Assembly: GCA_965227775.1 (NCBI GenBank)
Contig: OZ245777.1
Coordinates: 1,856,001 to 1,920,000 of the forward strand
Direction: 5' to 3'
DNA length: 64,000 bases
Origin: Phycisphaerales bacterium
GTDB taxonomy: Bacteria > Planctomycetota > Phycisphaerae > Phycisphaerales > UBA1924
Shown here one piece after another: positions 54,869 to 64,000 of the stretch (its first letter is position 1; each line of letters opens with the position of its first letter). Both the position numbers and the translations under genes were made by a program. The notes beneath the pieces were generated by a model, which made no database searches, was not told the origin of the DNA, and was given only the letters and a program-made list of their open reading frames with translations.

Positions 54869-57475
54869 ATGCAAATCGGGCGTCGCTGGCTCGCCATCCT
54901 GGTTTCTGTGGTTGCATTGTGTACGGGATTTGATGCACTCGCGGGCGTCCGAGCCACGTCGGCAGACGCCCGTGTAGTCATTCCCTCTCAGATTCTGCCT
55001 GAATCCCTCGAGACCGGTGAGTGGTCGCTCCTGGTCTGGATCTACGCCGATGAGGCCGTTGACCGTCCGTGTTCGGTGCTTTCGATCGATGGGCACCTTT
55101 CGGTAGTCGCGACTCCGGACGGCCTGACGGTAAGGATGGCCCACCGGCACTACGCGGCCGAGGCCAAGCTTGACACCCCGCTCGAAGCGGGCCGGTGGCA
55201 CATGCTTGCCGTGTCGATGGAGCACAAAGCTCGACGCATGCGTGCGTGGCTGGCAGTTGATCGAGAAGATGCCACTGAGGCAGACATCGCAAGCGCCATG
55301 GTTCGGCTGCGGCGCGAAGGCGATGCACGTCGATTCCTCCGTGACCGCCGGCAAGCCGGTGAGCCGAGGATCGGTCCTCGGGCCGGCTTAGCTTTGCTCG
55401 AGCTGACCACCTCGATGCCGCTCGAACCGGATCCATCGTTGTCGTACGACATCGATGGTCTCATCGTCGGTTCGTCGAACGGGCTTCCGGCTCCGTTGCT
55501 CACGTACGAGTCGCTGGCGATCCGTGACCACGCGATCCGAGTCGAAGACGTACGCGCGGTGTGGCAAAGCCGAGACTCGTACGCGCCGCACAGCCTCGAC
55601 GCGACCGACGACGGCGGGTGGTTGAACGGTTGGCGCGGTTGCTCGTTTCTCGCCTTCCACGCCATGAGCCCGAGGGCAAACGGTCCGGGCGAGGCGGAAG
55701 AAGTTGCTTCGTTCGTCGGTGGGGCAGTTCTGCCGACGAACGTCATCATCCTTGCTCAGCCGCGCGAACGAACCAGGTCGTTCAGCCACTCGTTCATGAG
55801 CGTCGTGCCGATCCGATCGGCGCGCGGATTCGTGTTTGCAAGCCGCCTCGAGCCGCGGCTGGATGGATTCTTCGCTGTTGAGACGCCACCCTTCGATGCA
55901 CCATCGGACGCAATCGGCCCGCTTGGCCCCAAGGCCCGCATGCTCGCGACCGAGCCGGATGGCCTGGTGCGCGTGGTCGTGAGTGCGAACAGCCGCGGCG
56001 TGCGCGGCACGCTCGATCCACAGCCTTGGCCCGAGGGCTTTGCGCATGGTTTCGTTCAGGCGCTCTTGCCTCAGGTTGCAGGAGTCATGATGCGGCCCCC
56101 GACGATCGTTGACCGCCGTGGTGGCTGGTTTGGGCTCGATACGTCGGAGTCAACTCCAGATGTCACGCTGGTGCGTGCGCTACACGCACGCACCGACCAG
56201 TGGGGAGATTGGAGCCGCTTCGGTACGGGCACGCTTCCGGCGGTCAGCCGGGGACCAGGTGCGGCCTCGAATATCTCGGGTGGGGGCGCCTTCCGCTTGC
56301 GGTGCGGGCCGGTCGACGGCAGCCTGCTGCGGGCAGACGCTCCGCTCGTCGTTCGTTCGACGGTGCTGGCGTTTCCTGGCTCGAGCACGCTGCGATGGAC
56401 CCCCGAGCGCGGCTCCATGCAGGACGGACCGGGTCTAGAACTCGAGCCTGCTCGAGAAGTACCCCTCGACACGACGCGCGACGCGATCGAACTCACCGCC
56501 GGTGATCGGTTCGTGGGTGATCTGCAGCTGGTGCTGGATCGGGTCGTAGACGTGCGCGAAGGTGACGCCATCGTTGTTTCGAGCGGTCCGGCACGGGGCG
56601 CGGTGTCAGTCGCGACGGCCGTCGAGATCATCGTTGGACAAACGACGATCACCCTGTCGCATCCTTTCGGAGCACAACCCGGGACCGGGGACCAGCTGCG
56701 CATCGGTCGCTGGAGTTTCGTTTCGATCGAGCATCGCTTCGACCCGGTGCCCGCTGGCGATGATCGTTCGTGGCGGGGGCAGATCCTCCGCGCGATGGAC
56801 GACGAATTGCTCGGCGTCATGCTCTATGCGACCAGCGCGTGGCGTCCGGACGTCGATGGATTCATCTTCGGATCGGCCGGGCAGAGCGGCCGCGGGTACG
56901 AGCCGCAGATGGAAGAGTCGTTCCCAGGTTCACTCGAGGCTTGGGCCAACGAGTCCTTGGTTGACGTGTGGATCCAGGGGCTTGCCCAGCAAAGCTCTCG
57001 TCCCAGCGCGATGCGAGACTATCTGGACGTCCTGCGATCCGGTTTGGATTCTGATGCCGAAGTCATCTGGGCGAGCGATGCCGTGCACGCGCATACCGCG
57101 CACGAGGGGTGGCACCATTATCTCGAAGAAAACGCCGCCGACGCGGGTGTCCCCGCGATCTTCGCCGTTGGCCATCCGCGCGTGGGCTCGTACTTCGCCC
57201 AGGCGGCCAGCGGCATGCGGACCGACGACGCCCACTTCTCCAGCTTTGGCAGCCGGGTGATCGCCGAGGCATGGCTGGATCAACTGCGCTCGCTCCTCGA
57301 CGGTCCATGCGACCGGGCCGACTACAACCGTGACGGCACCGCTGACATCTTCGACTTCCTCGCGTTCCAGAGCGATTGGCAGGACGGCGATCCCCGCGCC
57401 GATCTCGACGATGACGGCGAGTTCACGATCTTCGACTTCCTCGTGCTGATCACCGCGATCGATCAGTGCCCCTGA
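54869..57475 (+). CDS. Large secreted multidomain protein with GC-type dockerin tail
   Basis: GGAGG RBS, signal peptide, LamG-like N-terminus (WSLLVWI, GRWHMLAVS), SGNH-like TDDAHFS...IAEAW, and a twin IFDFL repeat ending QCP. Confidence 0.85.
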   Translation: MQIGRRWLAILVSVVALCTGFDALAGVRATSADARVVIPSQILPESLETGEWSLLVWIYADEAVDRPCSVLSIDGHLSVVATPDGLTVRMAHRHYAAEAKLDTPLEAGRWHMLAVSMEHKARRMRAWLAVDREDATEADIASAMVRLRREGDARRFLRDRRQAGEPRIGPRAGLALLELTTSMPLEPDPSLSYDIDGLIVGSSNGLPAPLLTYESLAIRDHAIRVEDVRAVWQSRDSYAPHSLDATDDGGWLNGWRGCSFLAFHAMSPRANGPGEAEEVASFVGGAVLPTNVIILAQPRERTRSFSHSFMSVVPIRSARGFVFASRLEPRLDGFFAVETPPFDAPSDAIGPLGPKARMLATEPDGLVRVVVSANSRGVRGTLDPQPWPEGFAHGFVQALLPQVAGVMMRPPTIVDRRGGWFGLDTSESTPDVTLVRALHARTDQWGDWSRFGTGTLPAVSRGPGAASNISGGGAFRLRCGPVDGSLLRADAPLVVRSTVLAFPGSSTLRWTPERGSMQDGPGLELEPAREVPLDTTRDAIELTAGDRFVGDLQLVLDRVVDVREGDAIVVSSGPARGAVSVATAVEIIVGQTTITLSHPFGAQPGTGDQLRIGRWSFVSIEHRFDPVPAGDDRSWRGQILRAMDDELLGVMLYATSAWRPDVDGFIFGSAGQSGRGYEPQMEESFPGSLEAWANESLVDVWIQGLAQQSSRPSAMRDYLDVLRSGLDSDAEVIWASDAVHAHTAHEGWHHYLEENAADAGVPAIFAVGHPRVGSYFAQAASGMRTDDAHFSSFGSRVIAEAWLDQLRSLLDGPCDRADYNRDGTADIFDFLAFQSDWQDGDPRADLDDDGEFTIFDFLVLITAIDQCP

Positions 57476-57579
57476 ACCCAGGCGGGGCTCCCGCCATATA
57501 TCCTCCCAGCCATCGATAGCCGATGTAGGCCCCTAGGCGGGCCGCGCGGCCCGAGTGTGCAGGGGAGCGTGGCGGATCC

Positions 57580-59379
57580 ATGGGCATTGAAGCCTTCATC
57601 GTGCTGGGCATCGTCGCGGCCGTGCTGCTCGCGCTGATGCTCACGCGCATCCCGGCCGACGCCATCCTGGTCGCGGCACTGACCCTCATTCTGGTAGTAC
57701 CGGTTCCGACCAGTGCCGGTCTGAAGCTCGGCGTGCTTGATCCGGGTCAGGCCATCGGCGGGTTCGCGAGCACGGGCCTGGCGACCGTGGCCGTCCTCTT
57801 TGTTGTCGTGACGGGGCTACGCGAGACCGGCGGCATCGACTGGATCTCGACGCGCATCCTCGGCCGGCCCAAGTCGCTGCGCTCGGGCATGGTTCGCATG
57901 GCTATCCCGGTAGCCGGCATGAGCGCGTTCCTCAATAACACGCCGGTCGTCGCGCTCATGATTCCCGCAGTCGGAGACTGGTGCAAGCGCACGCGGCTGT
58001 CGCCCTCGAAGATGATGCTGCCGCTCAGCTACGCGGCAATCCTTGGCGGCACCTGTTCGCTCATCGGCACGAGCACAAACCTCGTCGTCGCGGGCATGGT
58101 TGCCGACCAGACCGCGCTCGATGACATCGGCATGTTTGACATCACCTGGATCGGCGTGCCGTGCGTGCTCGTGGGTCTGCTGTTTCTGCTGTTGGTCGGG
58201 CCGAAGCTGCTGCCCAATCGAGGCTCGCCGGCGAGCGTGATGTCGGACCCGCGCGAGTACACGCTCGAGATGATCGTGCCCGAAGGCAGTGCGCTGGCGG
58301 GCAAGACCGTGGAGGACGCGGGCCTGCGCAACTTGCCGGGGTGCTTCCTCGTCGAGGTCGAACGCGAGGGCGGCGTCATGGCGGCTATGGGGCCCCAGAC
58401 GATCCTGCAGGCGGGAGACCGGCTCGTCTTTGCAGGCGTGGTTGAGGCTGTTAAAGACCTGCAAGCGCTCCGGGGTCTGACGCCCGCAACCGATCAGGTA
58501 TTCAAGCTCGATTCACCGCGGTTCAGGCGACGCCTTTTCGAGGCCGTCGTCTCGCGCACGAGCCCATGCGCGGGCCGGACGATCCGCGAGGGCCGATTCC
58601 GCAATACGTACGACGCCGTGGTCATCGCCGTGGCCCGCGAGGGTGAGCGGCTCAAGGGCAAGTTGGGTGACATCGAACTCAAGCCCGGCGATACGCTGCT
58701 GCTCGAAGCCGACCCGGGATTCGCGGGGCGGCATCGCAACTCACGAGACTTCCTGCTCGTAAGCGCGCTCGAAGACTCGACCCCTCGACGGCACGCCCGT
58801 GCACCGCTGGCCGTCGCGTTTCTGGCAGGCATGGTGGCGCTTGCGGCGCTCGACGTCCTGGACATGCTCGTCGCCGCGCTCGTTGCAGCGGGCGCAATGG
58901 TGCTCACGCGATGCTGCACGGTGACCGAAGCCCGCCGCAGCATCGACTGGTCATTGCTCATCGTCATCGGTGCCGCACTGGGTATTGGCGAGGCACTCCG
59001 CGTGTCCGGGGCGTCTTCTGGCATCGCCAACGGCATCCTCGGGCTGGTGGGGCAGCACCCATGGATGGTGCTGCTGGCGATCTACATCATCACGAGCCTC
59101 GCGACCGAGGTCATCACCAACAACGCCGCGGTGGTGCTGGTGTTTCCGATCGCCGTCGACGCGGCCCAGCGCCTCGACGTCAGCCTCATGCCCTACGTCA
59201 TCGCCATCATGATCGGTGGGTCGGCCAGCTTCGCGACGCCCCTTGGCTACCAGACCAACCTCATGGTGTACGGCCCGGGTGGCTATCGATTTAGCGATTT
59301 CTTGCGAATCGGCATCCCGATGAACGTACTCATCGGCATCACGACAGTGATCATCACGCCGCTGATTTTCCCGTTCTGA
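57580..59379 (+). CDS. SLC13/DASS family permease with two TrkA-C (RCK-C) domains
   Basis: SAFLNNTPVV, LGGTCSLIGTSTNL, TEVITNNAA and FATPLGYQTNLMVYGPGGYRFSDF. Confidence 0.92.
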   Translation: MGIEAFIVLGIVAAVLLALMLTRIPADAILVAALTLILVVPVPTSAGLKLGVLDPGQAIGGFASTGLATVAVLFVVVTGLRETGGIDWISTRILGRPKSLRSGMVRMAIPVAGMSAFLNNTPVVALMIPAVGDWCKRTRLSPSKMMLPLSYAAILGGTCSLIGTSTNLVVAGMVADQTALDDIGMFDITWIGVPCVLVGLLFLLLVGPKLLPNRGSPASVMSDPREYTLEMIVPEGSALAGKTVEDAGLRNLPGCFLVEVEREGGVMAAMGPQTILQAGDRLVFAGVVEAVKDLQALRGLTPATDQVFKLDSPRFRRRLFEAVVSRTSPCAGRTIREGRFRNTYDAVVIAVAREGERLKGKLGDIELKPGDTLLLEADPGFAGRHRNSRDFLLVSALEDSTPRRHARAPLAVAFLAGMVALAALDVLDMLVAALVAAGAMVLTRCCTVTEARRSIDWSLLIVIGAALGIGEALRVSGASSGIANGILGLVGQHPWMVLLAIYIITSLATEVITNNAAVVLVFPIAVDAAQRLDVSLMPYVIAIMIGGSASFATPLGYQTNLMVYGPGGYRFSDFLRIGIPMNVLIGITTVIITPLIFPF

Positions 59380-59418
59380 AGCCCTCCTCGTTCCCCGGCC
59401 CGGTGCTAGCCTGCGGCG

Positions 59419-60291
59419 ATGGCCGCAACTGGAAACACCGCTGGAGAGAGTGTTGCCGCTTCGGGCTCGCCGTTGCCCGAAGGCGTACGGCCGGTCGTGG
59501 TCGCGTCGCATCGGAGATCGGGCACGCACCTAATGCTTGACTTCCTCCGGCGCCAGTTCGAAGCGTGCCAGCCGCCGTTTCGATTCGGCGTCAATCCACA
59601 CCGCTACCTGTACTTTGTGCTCGACCGGTTTCGCCAGGACCACAAGCACCGCGTTGGTGTTGACTCATGCTTGCAGGTCCTGCGGACTATGGACACGCCG
59701 CCGCTCAAGACGCATAGCACACCAGACTTCCCCGGTTTTTCTGAGCAGGGTCGAGCGATCAGCAAGGCCGCGCTTCGCGAGGGCGTGGTGCTGTACTGCG
59801 TGCGAGATGTCCGTGCCGTGCTGGCGAGCTTGCACGCCTTCGAGCAGATGAACCAGAACACAGGCGCCAAGTCCCTGTCTGATTTCATCCGCGAAGAGCG
59901 TCCGGGCGGGAATCGGGTCAAGATCTGGGCCGACCACGTTGAGGCTTGGGCGGCGCTTCGGCCCGCGGTCCAGTTTGTGAACTACGAGCAGATGGTCGGC
60001 AATCCGGCCTCGATGCTCGACGTGTTGGCGCAGGCGCTGGACAGAGAGCCCCTCCGCCGCCAGCCGCTGCTGCCTCCGAAGGTGAAGCACCGCCGACACC
60101 TCTGGCTGGCGCGCATCAAGGGCTTCCCGGATAGCACGAATGTTATAGGACGTACATCCTCTATGAAGATCGAGGACTGGCGTACCGCCTATTCCGACGC
60201 CGACCTCGAGTTCCTCGACGCTCATGCGGGCTCAACCATGCGAGAGCTGGGCTACGTGACGGGCGACGATTGGAGCACGCCCGGCCGCTGA
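59419..60291 (+). CDS. Sulfotransferase domain protein
   Basis: 5'-PSB SHRRSGTHL, KTH, 3'-PB RDVRAVLAS, YEQMVGNP and MRELGY. Confidence 0.82.
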   Translation: MAATGNTAGESVAASGSPLPEGVRPVVVASHRRSGTHLMLDFLRRQFEACQPPFRFGVNPHRYLYFVLDRFRQDHKHRVGVDSCLQVLRTMDTPPLKTHSTPDFPGFSEQGRAISKAALREGVVLYCVRDVRAVLASLHAFEQMNQNTGAKSLSDFIREERPGGNRVKIWADHVEAWAALRPAVQFVNYEQMVGNPASMLDVLAQALDREPLRRQPLLPPKVKHRRHLWLARIKGFPDSTNVIGRTSSMKIEDWRTAYSDADLEFLDAHAGSTMRELGYVTGDDWSTPGR

Positions 60292-60449
60292 ACATGGGGC
60301 CGCTCGGGGGCGAAGTGCAGACCTGGAGCCGCGCCGCTGGGCTGTGTTTGGCTGGGCGGACGTTCTAATATCCCATTCGCCCGCGGGAAGGCCTGAGGCC
60401 GCGGGTTTCGCGAACGTGGAACGGAATCCAGGCCCTTCAAGGAGCGGAC

Positions 60450-61499
60450 ATGGCGGGCGAGTTGGTTGTTGTTGCGGGCGGGGGCGGATTCATCGGCGGC
60501 CACCTGGCGGCGGACCTGATGCGTCAGGGTTTCCGAGTGCGTTCGGTCGATCGGAAGCCGCTGGACCAGTGGTACCAGGTCCACAACGACGCCGAGAACC
60601 TCGTGGCCGACCTCAACGGCATCGATGCCTGCCATCAGGCGTGCCAGGGGGCCGACCAGGTCTACCAGCTCGCCGCAGACATGGGCGGCATGGGTTTCAT
60701 CGAGACCCACAAGGCCGAGTGCATGCTCAGCGTGCTCATCAACACCCACATGCTGATGGCCGCCCGCGATGCGGGGGTCAAGAAGTTCTTTTACAGCTCC
60801 TCGGCGTGCGTCTACAACGGCGACAAGCAGGTTGACGAGGACGTGGTCGCGCTCAAGGAAGAGGACGCCTATCCCGCGCTGCCCGAGGACGGCTACGGAT
60901 GGGAGAAGCTCTTCAGCGAGCGCATGTGCCGCCACTTCCGCGAGGACTACGGCATCTATACCCGCGTGGCCCGCTATCACAACGTGTACGGCCCCTTCGG
61001 CACCTGGGAGGGCGGTCGCGAGAAGGCGCCCGCCGCCATGTGCCGCAAGGTCATCGAGGCCAAGCTCAGCGGCGACCACAGCATCGAGATCTGGGGCGAC
61101 GGCAAGCAAACCCGTTCCTTCATGTACATCGATGACTGCGTGCAAGGCAGCCAGAAGATCATGCACGGCAAGAGCATCGAGCCGCTGAACCTGGGCAGCA
61201 ACGAGCTGGTGACCATCAACGGTCTGGTCGACATCGTCGAGGACATCGCCGGTATCAAACTCGACCGAAAGTACAATCTCGATGCGCCCAAGGGCGTCAA
61301 CGGACGCAACAGTGATAACGACCTGATCGAGCGTGAGATCGGCTGGTCCCCCTCCATCCGCCTGCGGGACGGCATGGAGAAGACGTACAACTGGATCTAC
61401 GAAGAGCACATGAAGAAGTACAACGGCAAGGTGCCCCAACGCGAGGCCGCCCCGAAGGGCGCCCACGTGGGCAAGCAAGAGGCCGGCGCTGCCGGGTGA
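60450..61499 (+). CDS. NAD-dependent epimerase, GDP-mannose 3,5-epimerase-like
   Basis: GGGGFIG, AADMGGMGFI, YSSSACVY, DGYGWEK, GGREKAPAAMCRK and GRNSDN; AAGGAG RBS. Confidence 0.88.
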   Translation: MAGELVVVAGGGGFIGGHLAADLMRQGFRVRSVDRKPLDQWYQVHNDAENLVADLNGIDACHQACQGADQVYQLAADMGGMGFIETHKAECMLSVLINTHMLMAARDAGVKKFFYSSSACVYNGDKQVDEDVVALKEEDAYPALPEDGYGWEKLFSERMCRHFREDYGIYTRVARYHNVYGPFGTWEGGREKAPAAMCRKVIEAKLSGDHSIEIWGDGKQTRSFMYIDDCVQGSQKIMHGKSIEPLNLGSNELVTINGLVDIVEDIAGIKLDRKYNLDAPKGVNGRNSDNDLIEREIGWSPSIRLRDGMEKTYNWIYEEHMKKYNGKVPQREAAPKGAHVGKQEAGAAG

Positions 61500-61528
61500 A
61501 ATCCGCAAGGGGCGAGGAGGGAGTCGGC

Positions 61529-62590
61529 ATGAGCATGCGAACCATGTCCATACTCGCGGCCATGTCGGTCTTTACGATCGGTGCGCCGCTCGCCGTTGCT
61601 CAAGACCAGGCGCAGCGGGCGCCCACGACACCGGCACAGGACCTCCACCCTGACGCGATGGCGGTCGCCGAACGAGTGGTTGGAGCGCTGGGCGGCGGCG
61701 ATCGCGTTGCCGCGATCGAGACGCTCCGTGTCGTCACGCACGATGTCGAAACGCCCAGCCTGAAGTACGAGCATCACTGGTCGCGTGATGGCGGCTGGGC
61801 GTTCAAGGTGCTCCAGGAGGAGTATCCGCCGCAGGTCACGGCGTCGTCCGGTGGCCTCGCATGGCGACAGAACGCCTTTGACGAAGAACCCATGCTGATC
61901 GGCGTGGACCAAGCAATTTCGGCGCGTCGCTCGGTCGACTTCCACGTGAGGCTCTTCACGCTGCCGTCGCATGCCCGTGAGCACTTTGCTTCCTTCACGG
62001 TGGGCGAGCCGACCGAGTTCAACAACGCAAGCGTCGTCGTGCTGCGGTACGAAGAGAAGGACGGTGATTCGTCTGGCGTCATCTACGTCAACGCCGACAC
62101 AATGGTGCCCCAGGGCTGGCAACGCTTCTGGCCCAAGCACGGCGGCGGCCGGCACACGGTGCTCCAAATCTTCCACGAATGGGAGCCGGCCGAGGGCGTG
62201 CAGTTCCTCCGAAAGTGGACCACCCAGTCGGACATGTTCGGCATGGAATCACCGGTGACCGTCGTCCAGACGCTCGAAGTCAATGAACTGACGGCGGCCG
62301 ATTTCGAGCCGCCCGCCGCCCTCAAGGAGCAGGCACGCCGCGCTGCAGCGGCGGCCGAAGCCGAAGGCAATGGGCCCATCGCCCTCGACGACCTCGACGA
62401 GGATTCACGCGAGCAGGCGACGGCGATGCTGGACCAACTCCGGCCGCTCGACGCCGACACCAAGCGGGAAACGCTCGAAGAGGGCCAGTCGATGCTCGCG
62501 CAGGTCGACGATCCCCAGCAGCGGCTGATGATTCGCTACGTCCTCCAAGAACTGAAGGCCATGCTGGAGGCCGACGACGGCTCCAGCTGA
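61529..62590 (+). CDS. Secreted hypothetical protein (LolA-like fold suspected), paralog 1
   Basis: GGAGG RBS, signal peptide, ALGG..RVAAIETL, EWEPAEGVQF and LEVN...DFEPP. Confidence 0.8.
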   Translation: MSMRTMSILAAMSVFTIGAPLAVAQDQAQRAPTTPAQDLHPDAMAVAERVVGALGGGDRVAAIETLRVVTHDVETPSLKYEHHWSRDGGWAFKVLQEEYPPQVTASSGGLAWRQNAFDEEPMLIGVDQAISARRSVDFHVRLFTLPSHAREHFASFTVGEPTEFNNASVVVLRYEEKDGDSSGVIYVNADTMVPQGWQRFWPKHGGGRHTVLQIFHEWEPAEGVQFLRKWTTQSDMFGMESPVTVVQTLEVNELTAADFEPPAALKEQARRAAAAAEAEGNGPIALDDLDEDSREQATAMLDQLRPLDADTKRETLEEGQSMLAQVDDPQQRLMIRYVLQELKAMLEADDGSS

Positions 62591-62678
62591 CGATGACCAG
62601 GTCTTGCGACCGTGTGCATCTGGCATCCATCGCTGTTCATGCGGCGATCCACCACTGAGATCCGAAAGGGAGAATCCC

Positions 62679-63743
62679 ATGAAACGCCTCAACCCCACTT
62701 CACTAGCCCTGTGCATCGTCTTGGCTGCCGGCGCTCCGGCCCTCGCCCAGAACGACGGCAACAGCAACGGACAGACGGCGCCCGCCGTCCCGCAGGACAG
62801 CAACCTGCCCAGCATCGACAAGATCTTCGCCGATGCCGTCGAATCGGTCGGCGGTCGCGAGAAGATCGATGAGATCAAGACCCTGCACACCGTCATGACC
62901 ATGAGCGTTATGGGCTCGGAGATCACGACGGTCAACAAGTGGTCGCGCGATGGCGGCCGATTCAACTCCAGCACTAGTCCGTTCGGTGATTCCGAGATGG
63001 GCAGCGACGGCAAGGTCGCCTGGATGAAGATGGACACCGACCGCTACGTCCTGATGGAAGAGGTCCAGGCCAAGCAGCTCGACGGGCAGGCGTCCATGCA
63101 CATGAACCTGCTCGACCCCAACCGCATGCGCGAGGAGATGGAGAGCCTTGAGGTCGTCGGCCAAGAGCAATTCGGCGAGAAGACCGGGTACAAGATCCGC
63201 TTCGAGCCCAAGGATGACCAGGGCGGCGGCTTCATCTACTTCGACGTACGCGACGGTCGCCCCCTGGGCATGACCCAGACCAGCGACACGCCCATGGGCA
63301 AGCAGACCACCACGATCACCCTATCTGACTGGAAGACCATCGAGGGCGTGCAGTTCTTCCACAAGATGACCATCGCCTCGCCGGCGATGCCGGGCGGCTC
63401 GGTCGAGATGAACGTCTCCAAGCTCGAGGTCAACGCCCTGGCGGACGACGCCTTCGAGTTGCCCGAGCAGGTCAAGGAACTTGCCGCCAACGAAGATGCC
63501 GAGGAAGGCAACGGCAACGACGACGGCGGCTCGGCCGACGCGAGCAACGAGATCAAGCTCGAAGACTTGGCCGAAGCGCACCAGGAGCGTGCCAAGCTCA
63601 TGGTCCAGCAGATGCAGGCCAACGGCAAGGCGGCCGTCGACCGCATGCTCCCCCGTCTCGAGCAGACGCTGGCGACCATGGCCGAGGGTGACGACAAGCT
63701 GACCATGCAGTACGTCATCCAGGAACTCAAGAAGACCAAGTAA
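62679..63743 (+). CDS. Secreted hypothetical protein (LolA-like fold suspected), paralog 2
   Basis: GGGAG RBS, signal peptide, SVGGREKIDEIKTL, DWKTIEGVQF and LEVN...AFELP. Confidence 0.82.
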   Translation: MKRLNPTSLALCIVLAAGAPALAQNDGNSNGQTAPAVPQDSNLPSIDKIFADAVESVGGREKIDEIKTLHTVMTMSVMGSEITTVNKWSRDGGRFNSSTSPFGDSEMGSDGKVAWMKMDTDRYVLMEEVQAKQLDGQASMHMNLLDPNRMREEMESLEVVGQEQFGEKTGYKIRFEPKDDQGGGFIYFDVRDGRPLGMTQTSDTPMGKQTTTITLSDWKTIEGVQFFHKMTIASPAMPGGSVEMNVSKLEVNALADDAFELPEQVKELAANEDAEEGNGNDDGGSADASNEIKLEDLAEAHQERAKLMVQQMQANGKAAVDRMLPRLEQTLATMAEGDDKLTMQYVIQELKKTK

Positions 63744-63818
63744 GGCCCCCGGGTTCGATTCTGGTCAGACGGCATCGACCTTCACCCGGGCCGCTCGCTG
63801 GCCGATATACGATCCGCG

Positions 63819-64000
63819 ATGGCAGGGCCCGAAGAACACGAAAAGCCGACGTTATTGGTCCTGAGCCAGGTCTACGTGCCCGACCCGGCCAGCGTGGGCC
63901 AGCACATGCACGACGCTGCGGCAGAGCTCGTATCCCGAGGGCTGGATGTCCGCGTGCTCGCCTCGAGCCGCGGATACGACGATCCGACCAAGAAGTACGA
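63819..64000 (+). CDS. Glycosyltransferase family 4, N-terminus (runs off the window)
   Basis: Manual translation MAGPEEHEKPTLLVLSQVYVPDPASVGQHMHDAAAELVSRGLDVRVLASSRGYDDP matches WcaI/WbuB-type GT4 N-termini. Absent from the ORF track because it has no stop in the window. Confidence 0.8.
   Translation, partial: MAGPEEHEKPTLLVLSQVYVPDPASVGQHMHDAAAELVSRGLDVRVLASSRGYDDPTKKY

Overview
GC-rich, gene-dense bacterial chromosomal segment, most likely Planctomycetota/Phycisphaerales (inferred from three proteins with a GC-type dockerin C-terminus, an extended signal peptidase I, and zinc-ribbon/HEAT proteins). About 57 CDSs and two tRNAs (Asp-GTC, His-GTG). Housekeeping genes: lnt, aspS, pckA, gyrB, lepB, ygfA, prfB, rmlACDB. 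Accessory functions: an MntR-linked Mn/Zn ABC importer, a flavin-dependent halogenase, FG-GAP beta-propeller proteins, an ECF sigma cassette, a peptide-type ABC transporter and the start of a sulfated-glycan-like locus. I found no integrase, transposase, prophage or CRISPR array, and no single clearly new multi-gene system. The best leads are: (i) both permeases of the metal ABC transporter carry DtxR-like C-terminal domains, next to a stand-alone MntR with its probable operator; (ii) the prfB +1 frameshift site reads CTT-TAA instead of CTT-TGA and has no internal Shine-Dalgarno; (iii) an apparently circularly permuted golvesin/Xly-CBD-like domain is inserted in an OppB-type permease; (iv) a shared 55-aa Cys-bracketed dockerin tail sits on three secreted proteins; (v) a PilZ/pseudo-receiver/pseudo-Hpt protein; (vi) a secretin-N-domain-like protein lies upstream of an ECF/anti-sigma operon; (vii) repeated TANNNT elements 5-7 nt before start codons suggest leaderless mRNAs; (viii) a candidate sRNA lies between lepB and ygfA. 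All family calls come from reading motifs by eye; no database search was run.
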